Below, piece by piece: positions 35,731 through 49,407 of a DNA stretch of 64,000 nt. Position 1 is the first letter of the stretch. Every line of letters begins with the position of its first letter. The position numbers and the translations under genes are program-made. The notes below the pieces were generated by a model that made no database searches, was not told where the DNA came from, and worked only from the letters and a program-made list of their open reading frames with translations. Origin of the DNA: Azolla caroliniana (lineage: Eukaryota > Plantae > Polypodiophyta); contig JBHGNT010000016.1 in NCBI GenBank assembly GCA_043228905.1, positions 12,276,001-12,340,000 on the forward strand. The letters run 5' to 3'.

Positions 35731-38700
35731 ACTTTCCCAACTACGCATCTTGGTCCTACAAGATGCACTAGTACCTGCTTAGGCACGGTTACTGGAGCTA
35801 TGTTGAAGGAGCGAATGATACGGCACCCAAATCGACACACAGAGACTTCCCGGCGTGGGAACAATCGGCGAGCAGAGTTTTGTATTGTTTCGTGTCTTGT
35901 GTGGGTAAATAACTATTAAGCTACGTTCGGGATGCAAAAACGCCGAAGGGTGCGTGGGAAAATCTGAAGAAGATCCAGGAAGCTTCAGCTCCGACAGGAG
36001 TTGAGCAACCTATGACAATGCGATTTGTCGGTGGCTGACTATACCTCGAAGATCAAGGACATATGCGACTCCTTAGCTTCCATCGATGTGAACATCGAGG
36101 AAAGAGAGATGGTCCAGGTCTGTCTCGAGGGTTTGGCGTTGAAGTTCGAAGCGTTCTGAACTACTGTGTGTACTCGGGAGAATACGTTGTCCTTTTTTGA
36201 CCTACAGTCGATGCTCCTCGTAGAGGAGAACCACGCGGGTGCATCAACGAGCACGCACACCGACATCAAGATGTTGTACATGGAGGGAGATAGGCCCGTG
36301 GACGTGGGACGTGGAGGACAAGGTGAGTCGATGCGCAATGGAGGCAGCCGACGAGATCAAGGAAGGAGGCACTGAAATGATGCCGACAGCAATTCCGAAC
36401 CCTCCGGAAACTGGGGGAGTCGAGGTGATGAGAACGGGAAAGGGAAACCCGCCACGGAATGCAGGTACTGTGGCAAGAAAGGCCATAGGGAGAGCGAGTG
36501 CTGGAAAAAACACGCCGAGTCGGAGAGGACCGATTCCGGATATGGTTCTGGACATACCGACAAAGGAAACCGGCAGCGATCGCACTACGCTGAAAGATCC
36601 GGAAAAGCCGGAAAAGGGTCTGCCTTCGTGATGAGACATGAAGCAAACTCAATGAAGCAGACCACCCCGAAATAGGATGAGGTGTGGTACGTCGACTCCG
36701 GCGCGTCAAATCGCATGACGAGCCATAAGGAGTGGTTCTCGTACCTAGGAAAACCGATGCAACCGGGAGTAGCTGCAACCGTAGATGATACTCCGCATCC
36801 AATCGCGAATGTCAGAGAAGTTCTCTTGAGCCATGTCGGGCAGAAAGGGAAACTCATGAACGTGCTACACGTTCCGACAATCACGAAGAACTTGGTGTCG
36901 GTCGGACAGATCGTCGACCAAGGGATGGAGGTCCGGTTTAAACACCTCGACTTCTTCATTGAGGAAGAAGGTCGTGTTATTGTGCAAGGGCACAGAGATG
37001 GGAGGATGTTCATCCTCGACTCTACTGACGGTGGCACTGCAATGTTTGCGAAGGGACAAAAAGTCGAGTCGGACATCGACTTATGGCACAAGTGGATAGG
37101 CCACGTCAATTACCAGCGGCGTCAGGACCGGCAATCGAAACAGGTGGTGTTCGGATTGCCCAAATCTAGTGGCCGGAAGCCACAAATTTGTGAAGCCTGC
37201 CACCTTGGGAAGCAACACCGACTTCCCTTCTCCAATGAGCGTAACCGGAGCCGAAACAAGCTCGACTTGATACACTCCGATGTGTGGGGGCTGGCACAAA
37301 ACAGTAGTCTTGGCGGGAGCCGATATTTCGTCTCCTTCATCGACGACTACACGTGGCGCACGTGGATCTACCTCATTGAGAGGAAGAGCAAAGTTTTCGA
37401 TTGTTTCCGGGACCTCAAAGGGTTTGTGGAAACGGAAACAGGAAGAAAGATCAAGTGCCTGTGGCCGGATGGGGGAAAAGAATACTTTTCCAGTCAATTC
37501 AACAGTTATCTACAAAAAATGGGAATTCGGTGCGAATTCAGTTGTAGATACACGCCGGAGCAAAACGGCGTGGCCGAGAGGAAAAATCGGTCGGTTGTGG
37601 AAGCAGCACAGGCAATGCTAGAGGAGAAGAGCTTGCCCAAGTTCTACTGGGCCGAGGCGGTAAGGACCGCAGTATACATCCAGAACCGGATCGGAGACAA
37701 AGCATCGGCACATGAGCTATATTTCGGAACGAAGCCGAACTTGCAACACTTACGAGTTTTTGGTAGCATTGCGTCTGTGCATGTGCCGAATGAGAAACGG
37801 AGAAAGCTGGACGCAAAGGCCGAGAAATGTATCTTGGTCGGTTACTCGGACGAGCAGAACGGTTATAAGTGTTATAACACGCGCACCAAACAAGCACGTG
37901 TGAGCTGCAACATTGTGTATGATGAGTCCGCGTCCTGGTACTTGCCTCTAATTCCGGATCTCAACTCCAATCTGAACTCTGACAATGAGGTCAGCGAGAT
38001 TGAGATGCCTCCGAATGAGCCTGAAATCGGGACCCGCGAAGAGAGTCCGATTTCATTTCGGTTAAGTGGACCGAATGGACGACTGAGTCGGTTCGACCAG
38101 TCCGATGAAGAACCGGCGAGTAGTGGAGGCTCATTCGTGCATTCCCCACGCAGGAAGCCGAGGAGACGGTTTACGTGCAAAGAGAAAGGGAAGAAGAAGG
38201 TGTCGGATTCCGGCAGGGATAGGAACGAGTCAGACTGACGCCAGTCCGACTCCGAGGGAAGCGGTGACAGGTCTTCAAGAGAAAAGTCTGTGTCGGCCGA
38301 GAACTCCACATCAACTAATGACCAATTACGCCGATCTACCCGTCAAAAGAACCCAGTTGTGCGGTTCGGATACAACGAGTACATGGCGCATCATTATGCG
38401 TACATGACCCGTGTAGCGGAAGTGCGTGAGCCGGAGAGCTACGCAGAAGCGGCTAAGGACACGAATTGGCGCGCCGTGATGGAGGAGGAGATGCACGCAT
38501 TGGCGGAAAACGAGACATGGGACCTGGTTGACGCACCAAAGGGTGTGAAGCCAATCAGATGTAGGTGGATGTACAAGGTCAAGTACAATACCAATGGCTC
38601 GGTCAACCGACACAAGGCCCGGTTAGTGGCAAAAGGCTACGCGCAGAAACACGGCATCGACTACGATGAGACGTTTGTGCCAGTCGCGAAGATGACGACC

Positions 38701-41700
38701 GTCCGTGTTTTGCTCGCGGTAGCTTCGGCAAAGGGGTGGCACTTACATCAGATGGATGTAAAAAATGCGTTCCTGCAAGGTGAGCTTCAGGAACAGGTGT
38801 ACATGGTACAACCCCCTGGATTTCACTCCGGAACGAACACGTTGGCAATGTGCCGATTGAAGAAGTCCCTTTACGGACTGAAGCAAGCCCCGTGTGCCTA
38901 GAACGTGAAGATCAGCAGCAACTATGTCAGATGGGCTTTATAACATCAAAATCAGACTCTTCCCTATTCATCGGGAAAGGTCGACTCGGTCCAGTCAATA
39001 TTTTACTATATGTTGATGACTTGGTCATCACCGGCGCCGACCTAGGTGAAATCTACCACGTGAAGTTCCAACTTGTGGCATCGTTCGACATGAAGGATTT
39101 GGGGAACCTTCATTACTTCCTCGGGATCAAAGTGATCCGTACCCCCGAAGGCATATTGATCAGCCAATGCCATTATGTGTTGAGTATGCTCTTCAAATTC
39201 GGGATGGTCGACTGTAAGTCCGTCTTGACTCCTCTGGATAGAACCGTCAAGCTTCGCCCCAATTCTAGAAAGGTATGCAACCCGACGAGGTTCCGACAAA
39301 TTGTCAAAAGCCTTATCTACTTGACAATCACCCGAACCGATCTCAGTTATCCGGTCGGGGTGATCAGTCAGTTCATGGCACGGCCTACCGAGGAGCACCT
39401 TTAGTGTGCGCAACGCGTACTGCGGTACGTAAGCGGCACTAAGGACCGGGGTCTGCTATATCGGACCGGTACATCCTCGCAGTTGGTCGGCTACACCAAT
39501 GCTGATTGGGCTAGCAATGCCGCCGATCACCGATCCACGTCCGGAAACGCGTTCTCTCTTGGGAGTGCCGTGATAGCGTGGAGCAGTAAGAAGAAGCCGA
39601 CATTTGCACTGTCGAGCACCGAAGTTGAGTACCGAGGAGCGGCTATCGTGACATGCGAAGCCATATGGTTGAAGCGGCTACTTAAGGACCTGCAAGAGGA
39701 GGTGTTCGATCCGACGACGATCTACTGCGACAACCTCAGCAACATCCAGCTCGCGAAGAACCCTATTTTCCATGCACGGACCAGGCACATTGAGGTGCAC
39801 TACCATTTTTTCTGTGAGCATGTCCTTTCTGGTGAAGTCGAACTTCAGTATGTTCCGATAGATCGACAAACTGCCGACATCTTCACCAAGCCCCTTGGTC
39901 TGGACAAGTTGCGGCAATTCTTGTTTGGAACTACACGCTCTCGATGAACAACGCTCGGCCTCTACCAAGCTTAGAATCAAAACACAGAAAACGAGAATGA
40001 ATGCACGACACAATGGAGAGAAGACGTGGAAAACCCAAACATGGGAAAAACCACGGCAGTCCACTGACTGCTAACTATCACTATGTAACAATATACAATA
40101 GATGAACACAGAGGCAACGACCTCTTGTTCACTGTCTTCGCCACAGGCGGCGGTTACAACAGAGATATGAACTCTTCGTCTCTTTCTCTCTCTCTCTCTC
40201 TCTTTGTAAACTGTTGCGCTCTAATCTTGCGCCAACAAGAATGACAACAACAACAACACTTTCTAAGTTTGCCCTAAGTCATATTTATACTAATATGACT
40301 TTTTCGTCTTCACGTCCAGCTGCTCTACCTCGAGGTCCATGCTTGCCGTTATACTCAGCACTGTCCAGATGGAGGTCATCTTTACTACCGGGGCAAATAT
40401 CTCGTCGAAGTCCACGCCCTTCTTCTACTGGAACCCCTTCACCACGATCCCGGCTTTGTATCTCGGGGGGTTGCCGGCATCTCCCGGTTTCAACTTGTAC
40501 ACCCACTTGTTTCGGAGTGCCCGCTTTCCTTTCGGCAACTCCACCAATTCGTACGAATGGTTCTCATGCGGCTGTGCGTGTCATCCTTCGCTTCTTCGAA
40601 GCTTTTTGGCTCCCCCTCATCGGTTAGCAGCACATGCTCTGCATCCGAAAATCTCCAGGGGGCCATTCTCTCTTTGAGAGGATATCTCCGTCTTTGGGCT
40701 TCGATAACCGGCTCCTCCATTTGCTCTTCATCCGAATCCGATTTAGGGTCATGACCGGTTCCGGTTTCAGCGTCCTGTACTTCTTCTTCTGCCGGTTCGG
40801 TATCCTCACCATAACCGGCTGGTTCCTCGAGTGCTAACCGGTCTCTTGCCGGTTGGGTCTGCTCATCGTAGAATTGATCCTTACCGGTCGACTCGGAGTT
40901 CATTATCTTCTTCTCCGACTCCCAGTCGGCGAGCGTCTTGTCCTCCATGAAGAAAATATCTCGACTCTAGAATACCTTCTTGTCGACCAGGTCCCACACT
41001 CGGTAGCTAAACTCATCGTCGCCGTAACCGAGGAATATGCATGGTCGGGTCTTCGGATCTAGTTTTCCTCTCCGGTCCTTAGCTACATGCACATACGCAA
41101 GACACCCGAATACCTTCAGATGCCGGTAGGATACTTCCTTACTGGTCCAGACTCTCTGCGGCGTGTCTCCGTCCAAGGGTACTGAGGGTGATCTGTTTAT
41201 CACATATGTTGTTGTCGACAATGCCTCAACCCAAAACTTCTTGGGTAGTTTTGCATGCGCTAGCATACTCCGGACCCTCTCCATTATGGTCCGGTTCATC
41301 CTCTCGGCCAGCCCGTTTAGTTCTGGCGTCTTCGGCACGTCAAATTCGAGCCGGATTCCCTTCGAGCCACAATACTCCTCGAACTGCCCCCGGTATTCAC
41401 CTCCGTTATCTGCTCGAACCGCCTTCAGCTTCCGAACGGTTTCTCATTCCACTCTCACGTGGAGCTCTTTGAAGACGGATAACACCTGATCCTTCGTCTT
41501 CAATGGTGTGGCCCACAGCTTTTGGCTGTGGTCATCTATGAACTTCACGAAGTACTGCGATCCGGCATGTGACTTCGTGTCCACTTGACATACATCAGTA
41601 TGCACCAACTCTAGTGGTGCATTACGTCTCATCGGTGGCCTCGATTGGAAGGAGGTCCGGTTTTGTTTACCGGCCAGACAATCAGTGCACTTCTCCAAGG

Positions 41701-43367
41701 GCACGTTCTTCACTGGAATGAGGTTGTCGTCTGCAAGCCTCTTCATCCCCTTCTTGCTCATATGACACAACCTCTTGTGCCACAACTCACCGACAGTGTC
41801 GGATGCCACGTTCACTTCTTCCGGGCATAACCGGGCATTCATCAGGTACAATGTGTTGACCTTTTGGGCCCGAGCCACAATCAGGCTCCCTTTGCTAAAC
41901 TTCATAACACCGTTCCGGATGCTATCCGTGTAGCCTTCATCATCTAGCTGACCGATTGATATAAGGTTCAGATGAACCTCCAGAACGTGTCGGACATCCT
42001 TGAGCAACAGCTTCCATCTGGTTGGCATTGACAATTCGGCATGTACCTTCATTCCCCATCTGGACACAGCCGTGATCACCGGCTGAGTAGGATGAGAAGT
42101 ATTTCCGGTCCAGGGTAAGGTAGAACGATGCTCCGGAGTTGACCACCCAGCTCATCTCCTCGCCGGCAAGGTTTAGCTCACTCTCCTCGGTGATGAGCAT
42201 CAACTCTTCTTCACTTGCCGCGATTACCGTCGTTCCCTTCCGGTCCGGCCCCCTCCGGTCTTTATCCTTTCGGTCCGGTGTCCGCTTCGAATCGGTGCCG
42301 TCAGTTTCCTTGTCCTTTCAGAAGTGCCGACAGTTTTTCTGGAAGTGTCCCGGCTTGCCGCAATAGAAGCAGGTAGGCCTCCCCCTTGATTTTGACCGTG
42401 TCCCCGACCTCTCCCGGTTCTGGGGACTACGGTTCCTTTGTCTTCTGCGTTCCGATTTGGTAAGGAGCGCTTTGGAGTCGGAGCTCGTATCCTTATCTTT
42501 CTAACGCCCCTCCTCATCTAGCAAGCTCGACTTCACTCTTGCTAGGGATAACTGTTTCCCTTCTGGCCCGGCGTTGCCCAAAGTGACAACCAACGTCTCC
42601 CAGCTATCTGGGAGGGAACCGAGCAGGAGTAGTGCTAGTACCTCATCGGCGAGAGGTACTTCCAATGATGTTGCCTGGTGGATCAGCCCCTGGAAGTCAT
42701 TCATGTGCTCCGCCATGCTGGAGCCATCTTGGTACCAGAGTCTTACTAGCTTCTGAAATACCGAAAACTGATTAACATCATTTTTGTTTTGAAACATAAT
42801 GCTGATCTTCTCCCATATCTCATGAGCCTTGCTCTCTTCATTGAATTTGTCGTATAGACTCATGTCGATGAACAACAGTAAGTACGTTGTTGCCTTCATG
42901 TGCATCACCTCCCATATCGTGGCGTCGATCTTGTCCGGTCACTTATCCCCGAACTGAACCGGCAACCAAAGATCTTTAACCAAAAGCATGTCCCTCATCT
43001 TCGACTTCCACACCGAATAGTTGGAGCCGGTGAGCTTGAACATGCCTCCCAACGATTCGTCCATTTTCTGTGTCGTTTCGCTTTGATACCACTTTGTCAG
43101 GAACTACACGCTCCCGATGAACAACGCTCGGCCTCTACCAAGCTTAGAATCAAAACACAGAAAATGGGAATGAATGCACGACACAATGGAGAGAAGAGTA
43201 CACAGGATGTTTACGTGCAAAACCCAAACACGGGAAAAACCATGGCAATCCACTGACTGCTAACTATCACTATGTAACAATATACAATAGATGAACACAT
43301 AGGCAACGACCTCTTGTTCACTGTCTTCGCCATAGGCGGCGGTTACAACAGAGATACGAACTCTTCG

Positions 43368-43417
<50 letters not shown>

Positions 43418-44791
43418 CACTGTTGTGCTCTAATCTTGCGCCAACAAGAATGACAACAACAACTTACTCTAAGTTTGCCCTAAGTCATATTTATACTAAT
43501 ATAACTTTTTGGCTATTTACAAATATAGCCCCGATGGACTCTCAGAAAACACATTTACGAATATGTCCCTTCATCTGGTGAGCACTTCTCACCGGGCCTT
43601 CACCATCCATCTCTTGCCGGGTACTCGTCATCTGGTTCTCACCGGGTCTTCCGTAGCCGGGTACTCCACATCCAGTTCTCACCGGGTCTTCCGTAGCTGG
43701 GTACTCCACATCCGGTTTCGGCCTCGACCTGTTTCCTAACAATTCTCACTTCCCATCCGAAGGGACCTATTTCCTAACAATTCTCGGGTGCGCTTGGGTT
43801 GTGTCACCTCGACATGCCAAACTTGAGGGGGAGAATAGTCTCGAAAGACCGAGAGGAAGGGAGCGGAAGAGGCCGCGACACCGAGTCAAACACCGAGTCG
43901 GATGACGAATTCGACTTCCGATCGGCTGAAGAAGCCGAGGGCGGATCCATGGAAGAGTCGAAAAGTAGACATAAGGGGAGAAGCCGAAAGAAAGAGCCGA
44001 AGCCAACCAAGCATGGGGGAGATGACACCGTCAAGGACGAGAAGACCGAAGACGAGTTGGAGATAGCCAACTCGGACGAGAGCGAAAACCGATGGGAGGT
44101 AGCCAAGTCGGTTCGGATGTTTGATTCGGATACACTGAATCAACGGAGGGCCAAGCGAAAAAGAAGGCAGTAGGAGAAGTTCCAACACCGCTACAACAAG
44201 GGAGCTGTGAAGGGCCGTGGGAGCAGACAAGCCGACCGGAAGAGTGCGCAAAGTCAAACAGGCCGAGGAGTGCGAGCGAGGCGTGGAGCCAGGAGGAACT
44301 GGAGCGGTGATCCGGAAGATCCCGAAGAGCCTCAAGTTGAGCTTGAGGGGGAGTGTTGAGAGACAAGCTTAACATTGCCCGGATCGGCTGAGCAAGCTAA
44401 GGACCGGATCGGTTGGGACCGATCGGTGAGGCCGGATCGGTTGGAAACCAGTACGCAGACTGGTGCGTAGGAAGGCCAGATCGGCGTAGAAACCGGGAGG
44501 CCATCGTAAAGATATTCCGCAAGGAATATATTTGGGAGTTAGTGTAGGGGCTCCTTAATGAGCATTGAAGTACTGTCAGTACTTCTGTCATTCCGAAAAG
44601 GACTTGTATAAATGTGTTCATTGAACACACACGATGTATAGATTGAGTATTATTTTTGGATAAAGTTATCATGTTTACTCTCTCTCTCTCTCTCTCTCTC
44701 CCGTGCATACTGTGCAAACCTAAGCTTTCCACTGAACCTATGTTTTCTATTGTTCGGTTTCCTATATTGCTTCTGCACGCCATTCTTTTCA
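35730..44791 (+). mobile_element. Decayed Ty1/Copia family C (gag, PR, integrase, RT, RNase H, 3' LTR 44354-44791); 5' LTR missing
   Basis: [66 protein letters not shown]; PPT GAGGGGGAG before TGTTGAG. Confidence 0.93.
39922..43779 (-). mobile_element. Internally deleted Ty1/Copia family D, Tork-like, inserted in the RNase H of family C
   Basis: Perfect TSD ATTCT (39917-39921, 43780-43784); LTRs 43095-43779 and partial 39922-~40303; PBS TGGTATCAAAGC 43080-43091; RT breaks after QLDVKT. Confidence 0.93.
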
Positions 44792-45912
44792 GTTCTTTGT
44801 GCCTTCGGTCTTGCTCTTGCCGGCCGCTACCATTGCGAGCCGATCCGCCTCCGTGTACAACATCCAGCTGTCAGTGGATGCACTTGTTGACGCATTGGTG
44901 TGGTTCTCCTCTACAAGGAGCATCGACTATAAGTGGAAAAATGAAGGCATATTCTCCCTTGTACACATAGTAATTCGGAACTTCGGCGCCACCTTGACTC
45001 CCCCTTCTTGTGGAGGGTCCAAAACTGCTATGGGCATGTTCTCTATGCCTTCGGTCCTGCTCTTGCCGGCCACTACCATTGCGAGCTGACCCACCTCGTC
45101 CACCACGCCCACAGGGCCAATCCTCCTCCGTGTACAACATCCGGTTGTCAGTGGGTGCACTTGTTGATGCACTGGCGTGGTTCTCCTCTACAAGGAGCAT
45201 CGACTGTAAGTCGAAAAATGAGGGCGTAATTTCCCTTGTACACACAACAGTTCGGAATGCTCCGAACTTTGACGCCAAACCTCCGAGAAAAATTTGCACC
45301 ATATCGGCTTCTTCGATATTCACATCGATGGAGGCTAGACAGTCACCAATGTCCTTGATTTTGGAGGTGTAGTTTGCCACCGACAAGTCGCGTTGTCGTA
45401 GGTTGCTCAGCTCCTGTTGGAGTTGAAGCTTCCTGGCTGTAGTGCTTGCGGCGAAAATCTTCTTCAAATTTCCCCAAGCATCTTTCGGCGTTTTTGCATC
45501 CCCAATGAAGCTTAGGAGCTATTCGCCCACACAAGACGCGAAGCAATACAGTACTTTGCTCGCCGACTATTCTCACACTGGAAAATCTCTGTGTCTCAAT
45601 TCGGGTGCTGTGTCATTTGCTCCGTCGACATAGCTCCAGTAACGGTGCCCGAGCAGGTACTGCTGCCTCTTGTAGGACCAAGATGCATAGTTGTTTCTGT
45701 CAAGCTTCTCTGTCGGAAGCGAGTTAGCCATGCCTCTATCCATCGGTTTATACCTGTTCTTCTTGGTTGGTTTTCTTTTCAAGCTATGTCGGCTGCAGAG
45801 GTTCTCAACCCTCACGCTCTGATACCATGTAAAAGAATAGCGTGCGGAAGCAATAGAAAACCGAACACAGAAACGCAGGTTTAATGGAGAACTTAGAATA
45901 TACACAGTACAC

Positions 45913-45950
<38 letters not shown>

Positions 45951-46151
45951 ACACAGAAACTCAATTCAAAAATAATACTCAATCTGTAATACTCTGTACA
46001 TCGTATGTGTTCAGTGAACACGCTTATACAAGTCCATACGGACTCACACGAGCGTTTGACACTAACTACAAGACATTAACTACTTAGTAGTCAAGGCTGC
46101 TATAAGGCTTCCGATTACTGATGGATCCGGCTAACCGGCTCCCCAGCTCAT
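44792..46151 (-). mobile_element. 5' fragment of a second Copia family C copy (partial LTR 45828-46151, PBS, gag with internal duplication)
   Basis: TGGTATCAGAGC at 45816-45827; MDRGMANSLPTEKLDRNNYASWSYK; (GA)n within the LTR. Confidence 0.9.
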
Positions 46152-46593
46152 TGTTACCGATTAGGAACACGGTCCGCGGTCAGTCCTTCGACCTGGACCT
46201 CCAAGTGGGTGTGGAACAACAAATAGGCTTCTAAGCGTAATGCGTAGGGGAAGGTTCCCTGTAACCTATCAGCATATACGGGGAACGGCTACAACCGAAT
46301 CCCTACCAAGGGTTACACTTACGCACCTGAACGCTTAGGTATTCAAAACACACACAGTAGATTAGCCGTAGCTATACACAAGAAATAAGAGAAGATAGGA
46401 TTCTATTATCAGACGTTTCTTTACATTCCCAAAATTACACGCACCCTCTATCAGAGGTTTTCTGCCCTTTATATACGTAAGGTCTATTTAGCCGTTCACG
46501 CTTCCTGCGTGAACCATTACATGCGTTATGCTCTTATATTATTTCTTATTCCTACGCTTTTGTGCGTCGGTTACTATTCCGGCGGACAACACC

Positions 46594-46634
46594 TAGCACG
46601 CCTGTGGGACAGTGCCTTGGCACGTCGAACCCAT
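46594..46634 (-). other. tRNA-Arg-like 3' half at the PPT position (family B, copy 2)
   Basis: Minus strand ATGGGTTCGAC-GTGCCAAGGCAC-TGTCCCACAGGCGTGCTA, then GG, then the LTR. Confidence 0.7.
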
Positions 46635-46639
46635 CCCGT

Positions 46640-49407
46640 TAATCTTCTTCCAAAATGGCCCGGATGTTTGGCTCTCCTGCGGTGTCCGCGTTCGTAGGTG
46701 ACGTAGAGCCCGTAGGTGCATCGTGGTGTGGCTCCCCTATTTGGTCGGGCTGGTTTCTCCCGGAGTCGCCGTCGCCATGTGTGGGCAGTCCGGGTACGGT
46801 GGACTCTTCTTGAGCTAGTGGGTTGGGCTCCGCCGTTGTCGTGCTTGCAGTCGGCTGCGACTATGCCTCTATTGTTACATCCTCCGTAGTGTCGGCCGTT
46901 TTTGTACGTTCCGGGAGGTGGGACGGAGATTCCGCCTAGCCCCCACCATTGTCCGTGTGGTTTGATGATAGTGTGGGCTCGTGTGTATGAACCTCTTGTT
47001 GTGCAGTGGTTTCGTTGTCTGGTCCTGTGGGGAACTCCGCTCATCGGTCCCCGCTATTCTCCATTGTTGTCATTTCTGGTGATCGGACCTAAGGTTCCTC
47101 TTCTTCGGTCGTGCCTTGAATTGGCATCTCGCTGGATTCCTCATTTGTGTGTGTGTTGCCGGTTTGTGTGATCTGGTGAAATAGCTCCTCCTGGCTTTCA
47201 CCAAAATCATCTAAGAGCTGCGCGAATTCTTCGGAGTGTTGGTCCGCTAGCGCGCGATAGTCTTGCGCTAGGTCCTCTCGTACGACCGCAATGCTCTCCT
47301 CATTTAGTTTATAGAAACCTCGACCGTTTTTTCGCCGGTTCTCCCAGTCCGCACCATACACGTGCAATTCCGTTGGTTGGGTTGCCCACGCCATCCATCC
47401 TTTGTCCAGCGCTGTTCTCAATTGCGTTGTGAACCTTTCTCGATTTGTTTGGAGAAGGATACGCACGCAACCATCCAGACGCACGCAACCATCGTATGTG
47501 ATGGCCGTGCAATGGTTGCGTGCGTCTTCCATCGACTTCTGGAGATTTGCGATTTCCTGCTGTTTAACCGTTGCCGCTTCCTCGTACGTGGCCTTCAGGC
47601 CCGCCCACAACTGGGATTCCTTTGCATGTTGTTCTTCTAATTTCCCCATTTCATTGTTTAGGCGGATTTCGAGCTGATGCCTTCTGTCTTGTTCGACCAC
47701 CATACCTTCTTTTTTTCTAATAAGGCCCGGACTCTCGCTATTCCCGCCTCCGATTTCTTCGCGTCCTCCCGTAATTGGGCATTGTCGTCTTTTGTCCGGA
47801 TGTGTTGACCTACCTTCGTAGCGGGTTTCTCTTCAAGGGTTTTTACCGCCTTCCGGCCGTTAGCCCGTATCTCCTTTTCTCTGTCTGAGGATTGTCGTAG
47901 TTGCACGACCCTTTTCTCTTTTGAGGCGATGGCGGTTTGAGCCTCTATTTCTTCTTTCAGAGCGTCGATGGCGTGGTTCGGTGGTGGGGTTGCATGTTTC
48001 ACCGTAGTCGCGTGAGCTTCCAACTCCGTGATGCGTGCGTTGGCTTTTTGCAGTTTGACTTGGGTCAGTTTAACCTTCTTCCAGACATTCTTATTTTTTA
48101 CGGCCATCTCCTTGGCGCCTGTGTTGACCTTTGCCAGTGCCCGATGGACTTCGACTAGGGCCGTGTTTAATGGGGGTATCTCCATCCCCACCCGGCATAC
48201 CCTGGCGTTCCTCTGTCTGCCGAACCTGGCTAGCCGTTCCTCATCGTTGCTCTCCGTCGTTTGTGTTAGGGCGCGCTCGATCATCTAGCGTTCCGCATGC
48301 TCTTCGGCCATTTGTTGGGCGGCTTTTACCTGTTGTGTTGCCCAGAACTCCATGAGCTCAAAAGAAGTGCCGAACTGTAAGAGGGCGCTGAACTCGTGGG
48401 CCGTATCCAGGATATCTGGATATGCCAAAACCTTGCTTTCCGCCGTCAATATGGCTTTCCCTCGTTGGGATTGGGTCGTAATGATTGGTTGTGGCTCCCG
48501 GATGATTTCGAAGGTGGTATTGGGTTCCGTAGCTGCGGAGCCATCACCTTCGGTCGGTGTTTCTCTCATCGTGGGGGCGTTTTTTACCAACCCCCGCCCA
48601 TCTTTCCTGTCCAATCTACGCCGTTTTGGTCTGGGACTCTCCCGCTGTGTTTCGGTGTCTGGCTCTGGGGTTGCTTCCATGGAACGTGTCGGTTGTTCCT
48701 CCTGCGTTGTCCGTGTGTCCGGCTGGTCGGTAGGAGGTGTTGTCCTTGGGTCCGGTTGGGCGGGTTGGGGTTCCCACTCTGGGGCCGATAACTCCGCTAA
48801 CTCCGCTAACCCCCAGTTGATGGCACAACCCTTCAAAGGTATTGATAATGATGCCCGCCTTCTGCTTAGGCATCCCATATGCGTTGATATGTACGCAGCC
48901 GACTTCTAGCAGGAACTTGGCAACTTCACGGAAGAAGGGATCCAGAATCTGCTTTGTTCTATAGGCCTTGGCGGAGGAGGAATATGGACCAAAATACCGT
49001 TGTAGCGCCTCTTCAGGAGGTATTTCGAAATGCCTTTCGCCTAGTGAGGATAGGTCCAACTTCTTCCGGATGGAGGAGTTGGTGACCGTGTCGATGTTAA
49101 GCTTGTTGGCGATGTCCATGGCATCCGGGTGTGGAGGTGCCTCTGCGACCCGGATGTACCCATCCAGGCGTTTCCCCACGAGCCATCGACGTAAGGCAGT
49201 AGAGATGAAGATCGGCATCGCCAGGAGAGGTTTGTGGGAAGGAGACCGGTGGTTACGGAGGGCTGAAGCTCTGTGATAGGATGGGAGAGAAGGTGAGGGG
49301 GAGGAGCGATGGGAGCGCTGATAGCTAGAAGATGGGTTTCTGTTTTGTGCAGAAAATCTTTTGTTTCCTTCTTTTTGTGGCTTAGGGTTCATTGGGCGGT
49401 GAGCCAT
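46640..49407 (-). pseudogene. Family B extra ORF, copy 2
   Basis: ORF fragments 48616..49407, 48285..48878, 47658..48284, 47089..47703, homologous to 24636-27527. Confidence 0.75.

Noticed and set aside
43365-43414. (CT)n/(GA)n microsatellites here and at ~40185, 44680, 45915, 56262, 63671
   Set aside because: Ordinary components of Copia LTRs.
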